From a virus (Duplodnaviria; Caudoviricetes), in the IMG/VR virus record IMGVR_UViG_3300001336_000023, positions 1 through 57,135 of that record: 57,135 nucleotides of DNA. The stretch is one strand, 5' to 3'. The notes below the pieces were generated by a model. That model saw only the letters and a program-made list of their open reading frames with translations. It was not told where the DNA came from and did not search any database. Position 1 is the first letter of the stretch. The number at the start of each line of letters is the position of its first letter. The position numbers and the translations under genes were made by a program. Below are positions 1-9,369 of this stretch, one piece after another.

Positions 1-401
1 AAACTTAACAATACCGCTTTGTTGTATTCTTAGAGCTCTAGCGCTTGAAGAATGAATTTCGAACGCATTATCGTCACCACTTTGATGCCCTGTGTATTTG
101 AAAATAAACCCATAAGTATCACCAGCATTGTAACGTAGTCGTAAAAAATCTAAGTTTGTATTGCCAGCGTTGACATCAATTCCACCATCAGTGGCTACTG
201 TTACTCTACCTGTAAATGTAGGACTTGCTTTTGGAGCGAGGTGGCTGATGTCTTGGTGGTCCGTTAAGTACTCACTATGCGTATGTGAGGCCGGTGTGAA
301 CGTTGCAGGGATACCATCAAGATGATCCCAATGAGCCCTGACATATACCAGGGCATCATCGAAATCTCCTAAATCTGAATATTTCTAATTGAGTCGGCCA
401 T
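1..401 (-). CDS. Tail fibre/receptor-binding protein, variant A (3' truncated by window edge; apparent 1-nt frameshift just after the ATG)
   Basis: AGGAGGT RBS then ATG at 401. The ATG frame stops after 10 codons, but the adjacent frame (KYSDLGDFDDALVYVRAHWDHLDGIPATFTPASHTHSEYLTDHQDISHLAPKASPTFTG...) is open to position 1. PASHTH and ASPTFTG are typical tail-fibre motifs. Confidence 0.6.
281..377. repeat. 97-nt exact direct repeat, copy 1 (matches 57039-57135)
   Basis: gtatgtgagg...ctcctaaatctg is identical at both places; similarity extends ~30 nt further with only third-codon mismatches. Confidence 0.95.
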
Positions 402-414
402 GAAAGACCACCTC

Positions 415-1347
415 CTAAACTACTACAGCGACAAGTTTACCTGTTGGGTAATTAGCTGCAGCAGTATTTGCATTAGCAAGACTAGAGAACACAGGGAGTG
501 CAAAATCAAACATTTGTTTTGGAGTAACGACTCTAGTTGTGTCTGTACCTGCTTGCACTTCTGTATCTGTTGCTAATTCTACAGCACCTTTTACGCTTTG
601 TGTTGCATAATCAATATCAAATGTTAATTGAATATCCGAACCGTCTGCTGCACCTTCTATACTTAATGGTCCTGCAGCACTCACTAATTTTAAATTTTTA
701 CCGCTAGTTATGTTTGCTTGATAACTATTTTCAGGCGCACCAATCGCCCAACTTCCATAATTGTCCATTGAGTTTGCTAAATCGTAAGCTGATTTTACAG
801 CACTTGGTGTTGCTGCTTTTGTAGTCGAAGTAGAATCTGTAGCGGTATCTAATTGCACAATACCTTTAACCGATGTGGTAGCACTAACATAAGTATTGTT
901 AATAATACTCCAATAGTATTGGTTAATTCCGGATCCTCCACCATCATAAACTACACGAGATAAAAAGACTAAATCCTCGCTCTCAATTGTTACAGCACCG
1001 CTACTATCGCCTTCTTCTCCATTATCCCAATGATGCTCTTCTCCTGCCGTAGCAGTTGTTGTAATTTCTGCAACGGAAGCAGTACATACGAAGTATTTTC
1101 CTGATGGTTCTTCTCCATCGTTTAAGTCAGCACTAAGCGTGACTAGTAAATCTCCTAACGATGTTCCTGCTGTAATGGTTCCTATATAACGTCTTGCTCC
1201 TAAAATCCAATCAGGAAACCATGATGCGTCAATATTGTCGTCTTCGTCAAGTAATCCAAGAATATTTTGTGGAGTAGTTACAGGCAAATACCTTGTATCG
1301 AACTCCGTTGCACTTTTTATTCTAAGTTCTATGTTTTGGTCTGTCAT
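415..1347 (-). CDS. Tail fibre protein
   Basis: Phage tail-fibre repeat motifs ATTSVKGIVQL...STTKAATPSAVKSAYDLA and ATQSVKGAVELATDTE...VVTPK. Confidence 0.8.
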   Translation of the reverse strand: MTDQNIELRIKSATEFDTRYLPVTTPQNILGLLDEDDNIDASWFPDWILGARRYIGTITAGTSLGDLLVTLSADLNDGEEPSGKYFVCTASVAEITTTATAGEEHHWDNGEEGDSSGAVTIESEDLVFLSRVVYDGGGSGINQYYWSIINNTYVSATTSVKGIVQLDTATDSTSTTKAATPSAVKSAYDLANSMDNYGSWAIGAPENSYQANITSGKNLKLVSAAGPLSIEGAADGSDIQLTFDIDYATQSVKGAVELATDTEVQAGTDTTRVVTPKQMFDFALPVFSSLANANTAAANYPTGKLVAVVV

Positions 1348-1361
1348 AAGTTTTCACTCCT

Positions 1362-1766
1362 TTATGATTTATTTTCTTGTTTTTTCATTACACGTTTATA
1401 AATATAAGAATTGTATCGAACACCCATATCAGAAATACCTTGTAGGGTTTTCAATAAGTCTCCATGTGCGCCAAGAAGCTCATTAAGTTCTTCTTCACGA
1501 CGCTTGATGTGTTCATTTTGTTTTCTAAATGTTGCTTCTGATTGGGCCTTAATACGTTCTATTTCTTTTTCATGCTGTTCTTTCATTGCTGTTATACGTA
1601 TTTGACTTTTATCAGATACATCTTCTTTTTCTAACTTTGTTTGTGCTTTATTAAGTTGTGCACTTAGTTGTGTAATATCATGGTCTTTACTTTTAATTGT
1701 CGACATTTGGCTAGTAATAATTTCAAGTAATTCCGCTTTTGTTTTTCTTTCAAGTTTATTCGTCAT
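1362..1766 (-). CDS. Coiled-coil hypothetical protein (tail module)
   Basis: AGGAGG RBS supports ATG at 1766 (MTNKL...); heptad-like charged sequence. Confidence 0.7.
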   Translation of the reverse strand: MTNKLERKTKAELLEIITSQMSTIKSKDHDITQLSAQLNKAQTKLEKEDVSDKSQIRITAMKEQHEKEIERIKAQSEATFRKQNEHIKRREEELNELLGAHGDLLKTLQGISDMGVRYNSYIYKRVMKKQENKS

Positions 1767-1779
1767 AATTTCCTCCTGA

Positions 1780-2031
1780 TTATACTGCTTTAAAATACAT
1801 TTCACCTTCTTTAACATCTTCTAAATCACTGTCATTATAAACAACTTTTGTAAATCCTCCAATTTCTGATAGAGCAAGTTCCATATCGAGAACGGTTGTT
1901 TTTATATTTTCATTAAGCTGATTCACATAAAGTTTAATACTTGACATTGCATAGTTGAAGTTAATGATGTCTAAATCTTTTGCTTTATAATTTGTTTCTA
2001 ATACTAAATCGTTTAAATCTTTATAAGCCAT
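1780..2031 (-). CDS. Hypothetical protein (tail module)
   Basis: 83-aa ORF tightly packed in the late operon with GAGGTG RBS. Confidence 0.7.
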   Translation of the reverse strand: MAYKDLNDLVLETNYKAKDLDIINFNYAMSSIKLYVNQLNENIKTTVLDMELALSEIGGFTKVVYNDSDLEDVKEGEMYFKAV

Positions 2032-2036
2032 TTACA

Positions 2037-5000
2037 TCACCTCGCTGAGTACTGTCTATAGACAATACCATAATGAGATACTTCAAATCTGTGTGTTGCA
2101 GGCAGATACACTTTGAACCCCGGTAATTTCCCTAAAGCATTCACTTTTGTTTCTAGGTGAATAAACTTATACGTTGTTAAGTACTCTCCGGTGATTGTGA
2201 ATCCGTCTAATTCTAATCCTGCAAACGTAATGAATTTGGTTACTGATGGAACAATGATTTTTACATTAGGATCAGCTTGTTCAACAATGTCACCATATTC
2301 ATCTAACACTGCTTGAATATTTGTCGCATTCTCTAACATGATGCCATCTGTATAAGGGATAATATTGAACGCCAGCTCGACCCCTTCAAAGTTGACAATT
2401 GTTAGAATATGACGACGTACACGTTTCTTATGCAGTGAGTTTAATCCTAATCCTCCTGTATCCATAAAGGATTGTACTTTGGTGATTGCTTCTGTCTCAT
2501 TGGTTTCGCGCCAACTTGAATCCTCATACACAATAGGACGAGCGTCACCTAGTTCATATCCTGTAATGTTTTCAGGAAGATAATACATAAACTCTGCCGC
2601 AGTTACGTGTGGGTCTATTAATGAGTTTTGTAATATGAGTCCAAATCCGTTTGGTCCTGATGAATGATAATCCATAATCGGAAATGCGCCAGCATAAGTA
2701 TCATACATTCTAAACCTTCTGTACTCTTTTTCATATATGTACATAACCATTAACGTATCTTTTACTGTTCCTAAATTATAAGATGCTATTAAGTAAACTG
2801 TGTCATTTTTTACAATACTTCTGTAGGTAACTGTAATGTTGGCCGTCGATTCAGCAATAATCCCGTAAGCGTCTTGCAAACGCTCTTTGATATACGCACT
2901 TGGTTTACGTAAGATATCATTTACAGGAGCTGTAATAGGCATTACATAAATATCACTGCTAGACTCAACTTGATAGTTTGATCTAATAACATACCCTTTA
3001 CTTTCGTGAACGAAGAATACTTCATTACCTAGACTGACAACAGTTGCTTTTTCACTAGGGTCTAACTGTACCCCCGAGTAAGCAAAGGTTTTTAACATGT
3101 TTGTATAATCCATTCCACTATGTAACATCCATATTCCATCTTCACAAAAGACATATAAATTACCTTGATGTGGGTGAACGTGAATAATTGGTGAGTCAAA
3201 AATAATTTGTCCATAAGGGAAAGGCATCGAATCTGTTGTTTCAAATTCTGTAAACTGTAAAGAATAATTCCCCATTGCTTCCCCGTAAAGGATTAAGAAA
3301 CGGTCGTACACTGTAAGATGCGTTGCGTCCCAAACATTATGGTCGTCTAACATATCTTTTGCGTCTAACGTTTTTTCTCCGTTATTAAAGATAGGATAAG
3401 TTGATCCTCGGGCAATCCATTCTTCGTAACGGGCATTCATTAGAACTTCATTACCTAATCGATAAATATTTAAAGGCATATTATCTTTTAAAAATTCAAC
3501 TTTTATTTTAAAGAAGTTAATTTCTAATGTAATCAAAGTATCCTGTACTACTGACTCAATTTCTTCTCTTACAGTTTCCACACTAATATGTTCTGCTCCA
3601 TTAATAATGACACGCACTTCGTAGCGAAAATCAGCGTACATTGTACTTAGTGTAGTAGCACCTAAAAATTTTACATCAGTCTGGACATCATAACTTTGCT
3701 TTGTTCCTACAGGCACCTCATCTTCTATAATTTCATAAGTTGTATCGTGATAGGCAGCATCGTCTGTAGTAGGGGAAGAATTACTTCGAAAAATATTACG
3801 TAACTCAAATTCCACAGGCTTACCACGGACATTAGCAAAATTCCAAACTTTATCTCCGGCACTTTTTATGGCATCAGTTAAAGCTCCACCGAATCCCGGA
3901 CTTGTACTATGGTCTGTTACATCAACCTCTGATTCATCAAAATCAACCCAATCCACTTTGTCACGCTCATCATTAGGTGTAATATATCGGAATGATGTTT
4001 TAACATACCCTGTATCTGAAATCTCAGGAAAAGCAATATAAGGGCGTATATAACAATCTTGTTTTGTTCCTACAGATTGGAGAACTTTATCACCTTTATA
4101 CAAGTATACCCCTAAGATAGAAGGACGGATATACGTCTCTGCATCTGCTCCAAAGTAATCTTCATAAACATATGGATCATCATCCAAAGCATTGAAAGAC
4201 ATACTGTAAGGGTCTTCAATATTGAGTGTCCCTAAATGCACTTCTTTAGGCTCTTGTATCAGAATGTAGTGTTGGTTACCATCATACTGTAAAGTGATTA
4301 AACCCTTGTATTTTACTTCATCTGCTGTACGAATACGTCCTAAGAAACTTACGGCATTTTGCCAAGACATATTCGCATAAGGGAATTCAGTATGCTTATT
4401 TCTTACATGATACTCGCTGTTGCTATAATTATGTTCCAAGATTTCAACAAAATGATCTATAGAAAGATCCCAATCCAATGCAGTTTTGTCTTCATTAAAA
4501 TAAGATTCAGAGCTGTAGATATAAGGATGGATTTCATTTAAAGTGTATATAGGTTTTTTAAAGTGTTTTGTATTTACATCAATACTATATTGAGGAATTG
4601 TACCACTGTAGGAATCATAACATCTGATGTCAAACTCTATGTTTGCCAATAACGTAGAGTCTGTATAGTATTCTGTAGGATATTCTGTACTATAAATACC
4701 TATTTTTTCAGTTTTAGCATATTCACTACAGATAACATAATTATCGTAAAACAAATAATTACTCTGTAAATATTTTATCTCTCCATACCCTCCTGCAAGC
4801 ATATAAGAAGTTATTGCATAAAAGAATCGTTCAGGGTGGTGGTTGCCTAGATTATACCCAAAAACATGAGCTACAACACGCTGATAAGCATCATATTGAG
4901 GGGAGTTTTTATCATAAATCAAAATGTATCCATCGAAAGCATTTAGATGGGTAGTCAATTTAGATTTAGCTGTAGTTGCTCCATTATCTTCATATTCAGG

Positions 5001-5759
5001 AAGAACTCCGACAGATTCAAAAGCAATCTCTATTAGAGTCTTTTCTGTACTATGTATTGTCCCTGTATAATATGAACCGTCATAATAAATGTAATCTTCA
5101 TTAATAAAATCGTACTCCATAAATGTTGTATGGTCAGTAGTTGTTTTATAATCTAATTCCGTCCAACCACTTAAATTTTTTATATAAAGACGTTCAGGAG
5201 ATCCTGATTGAGTAGCATAAATTCCCTTAGGTAAAGGAATTAGTTCAGGCGTATCTATACCTAGTAAACGTACACGCATAGGTTCATTTCCTGCAACTGT
5301 GTGGCAGTCAAATGTATCCCCGTCTATGACCTCATCAATAACTATTTCACGTGAGCCTTCTTCTACAGTAAGTTCTTCTATTCCTCCAGCAAGGGTGATA
5401 ATATGCATACCAAAAGGGTGCTGTAAGTCTATTGCATTTGCATCACTCATAGCACCACTAAGGTAGTCATCAGGGTTCACACTCTGTTCGAAGGAAACAA
5501 GAAAAGGTTTACCGTCACGTGTGACCTGCTTAATTAATTTAGAGGAAATGATTTCTTCACTAATTCCAGTATGTAAAAAACCATTAACAAAAGAGGACCT
5601 AGGTACAGCGACGTCTCCTGAACCTATGATGTCCATATTGCTAATGATTTTAGCCATTCCTTCTCGTTCCATTTCCGTTTTAAAATACATCCCATTTCTA
5701 AAGGGATAGTTTGTGAATACACGACGCGTGTCTGATGATCTGTAACTGCTTATAGGCAT
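2037..5759 (-). CDS. Tail nozzle/stabilisation-like protein with inserted SNase (thermonuclease) domain
   Basis: Follows the adaptor; N-terminal FRNGM motif and beta-propeller-like C-terminal part (GNLYVFCEDGIWML, GNEVFFV) typical of podoviral nozzle proteins; SNase motifs VIDGDT, VRLLGIDTPE, DAYQRVVAHV, AKTEKIGIYS. Confidence 0.65.
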   Translation of the reverse strand: MPISSYRSSDTRRVFTNYPFRNGMYFKTEMEREGMAKIISNMDIIGSGDVAVPRSSFVNGFLHTGISEEIISSKLIKQVTRDGKPFLVSFEQSVNPDDYLSGAMSDANAIDLQHPFGMHIITLAGGIEELTVEEGSREIVIDEVIDGDTFDCHTVAGNEPMRVRLLGIDTPELIPLPKGIYATQSGSPERLYIKNLSGWTELDYKTTTDHTTFMEYDFINEDYIYYDGSYYTGTIHSTEKTLIEIAFESVGVLPEYEDNGATTAKSKLTTHLNAFDGYILIYDKNSPQYDAYQRVVAHVFGYNLGNHHPERFFYAITSYMLAGGYGEIKYLQSNYLFYDNYVICSEYAKTEKIGIYSTEYPTEYYTDSTLLANIEFDIRCYDSYSGTIPQYSIDVNTKHFKKPIYTLNEIHPYIYSSESYFNEDKTALDWDLSIDHFVEILEHNYSNSEYHVRNKHTEFPYANMSWQNAVSFLGRIRTADEVKYKGLITLQYDGNQHYILIQEPKEVHLGTLNIEDPYSMSFNALDDDPYVYEDYFGADAETYIRPSILGVYLYKGDKVLQSVGTKQDCYIRPYIAFPEISDTGYVKTSFRYITPNDERDKVDWVDFDESEVDVTDHSTSPGFGGALTDAIKSAGDKVWNFANVRGKPVEFELRNIFRSNSSPTTDDAAYHDTTYEIIEDEVPVGTKQSYDVQTDVKFLGATTLSTMYADFRYEVRVIINGAEHISVETVREEIESVVQDTLITLEINFFKIKVEFLKDNMPLNIYRLGNEVLMNARYEEWIARGSTYPIFNNGEKTLDAKDMLDDHNVWDATHLTVYDRFLILYGEAMGNYSLQFTEFETTDSMPFPYGQIIFDSPIIHVHPHQGNLYVFCEDGIWMLHSGMDYTNMLKTFAYSGVQLDPSEKATVVSLGNEVFFVHESKGYVIRSNYQVESSSDIYVMPITAPVNDILRKPSAYIKERLQDAYGIIAESTANITVTYRSIVKNDTVYLIASYNLGTVKDTLMVMYIYEKEYRRFRMYDTYAGAFPIMDYHSSGPNGFGLILQNSLIDPHVTAAEFMYYLPENITGYELGDARPIVYEDSSWRETNETEAITKVQSFMDTGGLGLNSLHKKRVRRHILTIVNFEGVELAFNIIPYTDGIMLENATNIQAVLDEYGDIVEQADPNVKIIVPSVTKFITFAGLELDGFTITGEYLTTYKFIHLETKVNALGKLPGFKVYLPATHRFEVSHYGIVYRQYSAR

Positions 5760-6259
5760 TATTCACCATCTCCCAAGAAATAAGGATTTGTAACATCTAT
5801 ATCTTCAACGCCCTCGTTTTCATCAACATCTCCATTGAAAATAGGGACTTCTGTATCTTCTAATACATAGTTGTTAAATTTCGAAATTAATTTTGTATAC
5901 CATTTTGCCGCATGCATTGCTTTTAATCTAGTCACTTCTTCTGCTTCATCTTCTTCAGACAAAATGTCATAAGCGACTTGATGACAAATATAATTCCTAA
6001 TGTAGGCATCAGGAATACGCGTGTACTCATTGTCTACATTATTGTTCACGAAGGTGTGATTCTCGAATTCGTCTTCCGTTCTATCGAACGCTCCTCCACT
6101 ATCGTAAGAGTAAACTGCGGAGATTAAAGGCAAATGGATATTTAAATCTTCGTTTATTGTGTCTATACATGAATCAAAATATGCACTTAAGTTGTCATAA
6201 CTGTGTCCACCACTACCAACAAACTTATTTACAAGTGCAACCATATCGGATATCTTCAT
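5759..6259 (-). CDS. Head-tail adaptor (tail tubular A-like)
   Basis: 166 aa, helical N-terminus, IPDAYIRNYI motif, position between capsid genes and nozzle gene. Confidence 0.55.
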   Translation of the reverse strand: MKISDMVALVNKFVGSGGHSYDNLSAYFDSCIDTINEDLNIHLPLISAVYSYDSGGAFDRTEDEFENHTFVNNNVDNEYTRIPDAYIRNYICHQVAYDILSEEDEAEEVTRLKAMHAAKWYTKLISKFNNYVLEDTEVPIFNGDVDENEGVEDIDVTNPYFLGDGE

Positions 6260-6277
6260 GGATGTCCTCCTTTTAAT

Positions 6278-6308
6278 AAAGAAGGAGGGACAAAGCCCTC
6301 CTCGTTTT
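6278..6308 (-). terminator. Intrinsic terminator after capsid operon
   Basis: GGAGGG/CCCTCC stem followed by T-rich tract on the minus strand. Confidence 0.55.
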
Positions 6309-6888
6309 ATTTACTTGCATCAGCAATGTCAGAAACTTCTGCTGTATCATCGTATCCGCTACGTTCCATGAAGTCAATTTTTTGATCTTCATAGTCCAAT
6401 TTGCGTTGAATGATTGGCAAAAACTTCTTATGAATCTTGTATGAACGTCCATCGATTGGAATTTGGATTACACTACCGTTTAATCCTGCTTTTAGTGCAG
6501 AACCAAAGTATTGTTTGAACACACGCGGGATACGGATAGTCGTATAGTCACTTTCGGGACTACGCGCTAACTTTTCCATAAATCGTTTGTTCTCAGTTAC
6601 TTGGCGGTTGAACTCCCTATTCATCTCGTTGACGACCGCTTGGCGATCATTCATCACTCTTTGGCTCTGCGATGCTTCTCGTTTCGCTTGAGCAGGAGTC
6701 ATGCGTCCACTTTCGACATTACTCATGAGTCTTTCAAACATAGGCATTACTGCTTCTAAAGTTTTCCCAACCGACTCCTGAGAGATACGAGCCATTAACT
6801 CTTCTGTCGTCTCAGGACGGGGTTCTACTTTTTTCGCAGGTGTATTTGCGCTCTGTTCTTTAATTTTTATTGTTGACTTTTCAGCCAT
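6307..6888 (-). CDS. Hypothetical protein downstream of the major capsid gene
   Basis: 193-aa ORF with GAGGAGGT RBS; C-terminal domain resembles 39864-40070. Confidence 0.75.
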   Translation of the reverse strand: MAEKSTIKIKEQSANTPAKKVEPRPETTEELMARISQESVGKTLEAVMPMFERLMSNVESGRMTPAQAKREASQSQRVMNDRQAVVNEMNREFNRQVTENKRFMEKLARSPESDYTTIRIPRVFKQYFGSALKAGLNGSVIQIPIDGRSYKIHKKFLPIIQRKLDYEDQKIDFMERSGYDDTAEVSDIADASK

Positions 6889-6910
6889 ATAATGTTACCT
6901 CCTCTACATT

Positions 6911-8509
6911 TTAGCCGGCTTTAATTGTCTCCACGTCGGCTTTAATTGTAGCAGTAGCTGGAGCTTGTGTAGGCACATGATAGAAGACTGAAACTGCTTC
7001 TTCACGAATTAACTTGAACCCAACAGCATTGATTTTATAACCAATTGATTGACGTTGGTTTACAGGGTCTAAGACTCCCGCAGAACCTTTTTCTTTGACA
7101 AACATCTTAACGTCACCTTCGTTTTGTACACTCAAACGAGCAAGTGCATCTTCACCCAACATGATTGCTTTATGTACAGGTAATTGTTTTGCTGAAGGTA
7201 ATATAGAGTTGAGTTGTGCTTTTGAAATTTCATGAGTACTATTATCTTCTTGAGTAATTGTACCAATTTCTTCATAAGCATCGTCACCAGCAGCATCTGT
7301 ATACTTGAAGTATAACGTTACTGTGTCTTCTGCACTTGTTGAATAAGTTGCTTTGTAATAAATATTTCCCGCAACTTGTGTGTATGCAGTTACTGTTTCA
7401 CTAAGTGTGATGTCATCATCATCATAATCTAGTAAATCTGCAGCTGTAAAGCTCCAAATATTACGAATTGGAATCCAAGAACCGTCTGATAAACGGTTAA
7501 ACGCTGCATTTTCTGCATATGCACCATCTGAATAATCAGGAAGATTTTCTTCCATTGAACGTGATGCATGTCCAAAGTCTGAAGCTGAACGATATTCATC
7601 TGCTACATAAGTGTTCAAGAAACTTGACGCTACGTTACCGTATTCATAACCGTTGTCAAATGCTAAGTAACCACGACATTTAACAGTTGATTCACCTTCA
7701 ACATATTCCCCAGGGTTCCCTAGTTCATATCCATAAGCGAAGTCATCCATTTGCGTTGGGATAAATTTGATTTTGAACAAATCAGGGATTTCTCCTGTTG
7801 CATAATGAGACATACCATTACTTGTTCCTAAGAATGCTTCGATAAGCGGATCGCTCATTAAGTCCCACATATGTTCTTCAGAAGTAATAACAGGGTATAC
7901 TCCACCAATAGGGCGTACTGCCAAACGGCTAAGTTTCAATGCATTTAAACGGAATAATGCTAATCCAGCAGTATCTCCAATAACCAATTCACCGATTGAT
8001 GTTTTGTTGTTTGGATAAAACTCAAACGAACTTGACAACAACTCTTTACGAGCCAATCTGTGTAATGAACGTGTAGCAACGTCTCCATATTCTGAAGCCA
8101 TTTCCATCACGATAGGGTCTAACAATTTGAAATCTACACGATCTGAGAATTCAGCGTAACGTGCATACTGATGATAAGCTCCTTCGATTCTTTCTTTACG
8201 AGTCTTATCTGCTCTTGGTGGAATACCTTCGAGCAATGGTACAGTATGTTCTGTTAAACCAAAGTCTTTACGGATAGTCCATTTTCCGTGACCTTTAGGA
8301 ATACTGTAAGGTTTTGCATATTTTAAATAGACATAGTTCTCTTGTCCAATTTGAATTTTTTCCAACATCATTTGGTCATAATATAAATCTTTTTGCCATG
8401 CTTTAAGATCGATATTATCATTTGCATCTTGGTTAAGCAAGTCAACCATCGTGTTAATACCTAAACGATCGGCTAATGCTACTAAACTTGTTTCTGCCAT
8501 AAAATTCAT
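6911..8509 (-). CDS. Major capsid protein, N4-gp56-like family, with large internal insertion
   Basis: PLLEGIPP, QYARYAEFSD and C-terminal GSAGVLDPVNQRQSIGYK match N4-gp56-type capsid signatures; follows portal and scaffold. Confidence 0.85.
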   Translation of the reverse strand: MNFMAETSLVALADRLGINTMVDLLNQDANDNIDLKAWQKDLYYDQMMLEKIQIGQENYVYLKYAKPYSIPKGHGKWTIRKDFGLTEHTVPLLEGIPPRADKTRKERIEGAYHQYARYAEFSDRVDFKLLDPIVMEMASEYGDVATRSLHRLARKELLSSSFEFYPNNKTSIGELVIGDTAGLALFRLNALKLSRLAVRPIGGVYPVITSEEHMWDLMSDPLIEAFLGTSNGMSHYATGEIPDLFKIKFIPTQMDDFAYGYELGNPGEYVEGESTVKCRGYLAFDNGYEYGNVASSFLNTYVADEYRSASDFGHASRSMEENLPDYSDGAYAENAAFNRLSDGSWIPIRNIWSFTAADLLDYDDDDITLSETVTAYTQVAGNIYYKATYSTSAEDTVTLYFKYTDAAGDDAYEEIGTITQEDNSTHEISKAQLNSILPSAKQLPVHKAIMLGEDALARLSVQNEGDVKMFVKEKGSAGVLDPVNQRQSIGYKINAVGFKLIREEAVSVFYHVPTQAPATATIKADVETIKAG

Positions 8510-8534
8510 CTCCTCATATTTTTAAATTAAATTA

Positions 8535-9233
8535 TTACGCTTTCTCTGCTATTCTCGCGATAGCGGAGCGTACATTTGTTTTAGTTGCTTTACTTCCGGT
8601 ACTTTGGCCTCTTGGACCTGTACCCGGAGCTTGTGCTCCTGAAAGCTCAGCTTTTACACGTTCGACCTCTTTATTCACAAGGTCATCAAAATAAACTAAA
8701 CGATAAAGCTCATCGAAACTGCGGCCTGCTTCTGACAACTTGTATCCTGCTTCTTCAGCGTCGTCTGCGAATTTAATAAGACCTTTATCGTCTAATCCGT
8801 AGTCAGCTTGAAGCTTTTTGAGTTGTGCTACAGTTTCTGCTTGCTGGCGCTCTTGTTGGTTCTGCTCTCTTTCAGACTGAATAGTCTTGAGCTGTTCTTG
8901 CAAAGCTTTTACAGTTTTAGCGAGTTCGCTATCTTCTGTTTTATCAGGGTCCTTTGTTTCGCCTTTTGTTTCTTCCGGGGGTTTTGTTTCTTGTGGTTCT
9001 TCCGGTGGCTTTGTCGCTGCAGCAAGTTGTTCTTCTAACTGCTTAATTTTGACACGCATTGCGGCGAATGCTTTGCCAGCTTCACCTGAAGGTTTAGGAT
9101 CTTCACCTTGACCATTTTCTTCTTCTTCTCCATTTTCTTTTGGATCAGTTTCGTTGGTTTTTGTTGGATCAGTTTCTTCGGTGTTGCCTTCTCCCGACAC
9201 TCTACTGAGTGCGTCTTGGATATTTTTTTCCAC
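8535..9233 (-). CDS. Capsid scaffolding protein
   Basis: Acidic low-complexity N-terminus, AFAAMR coiled coil, directly upstream of the capsid gene; GTG start with AAGGAG RBS. Confidence 0.75.
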   Translation of the reverse strand: MEKNIQDALSRVSGEGNTEETDPTKTNETDPKENGEEEENGQGEDPKPSGEAGKAFAAMRVKIKQLEEQLAAATKPPEEPQETKPPEETKGETKDPDKTEDSELAKTVKALQEQLKTIQSEREQNQQERQQAETVAQLKKLQADYGLDDKGLIKFADDAEEAGYKLSEAGRSFDELYRLVYFDDLVNKEVERVKAELSGAQAPGTGPRGQSTGSKATKTNVRSAIARIAEKA

Positions 9234-9331
9234 TGCCTAATCTACTCCTTTCCTTAAAATTGGCGAGATTTTAAGAGGGAAAATGAGAATTTATGGTGGA
9301 AAACGTAAACGTTTCCCATGCTCCTATCTAC

Positions 9332-9360
9332 ATTATACCTATAAAAAAGAAGGGTGTCAA
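9332..9360 (-). promoter_or_regulatory. Consensus sigma-70/sigmaA promoter for scaffold-capsid genes
   Basis: Minus strand reads TTGACA-17 nt-TATAAT; the -35 lies in an AGAGGGT/ACCCTTCT hairpin just after the portal stop. Confidence 0.85.
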
Positions 9361-9369
9361 ACCCTCTTT

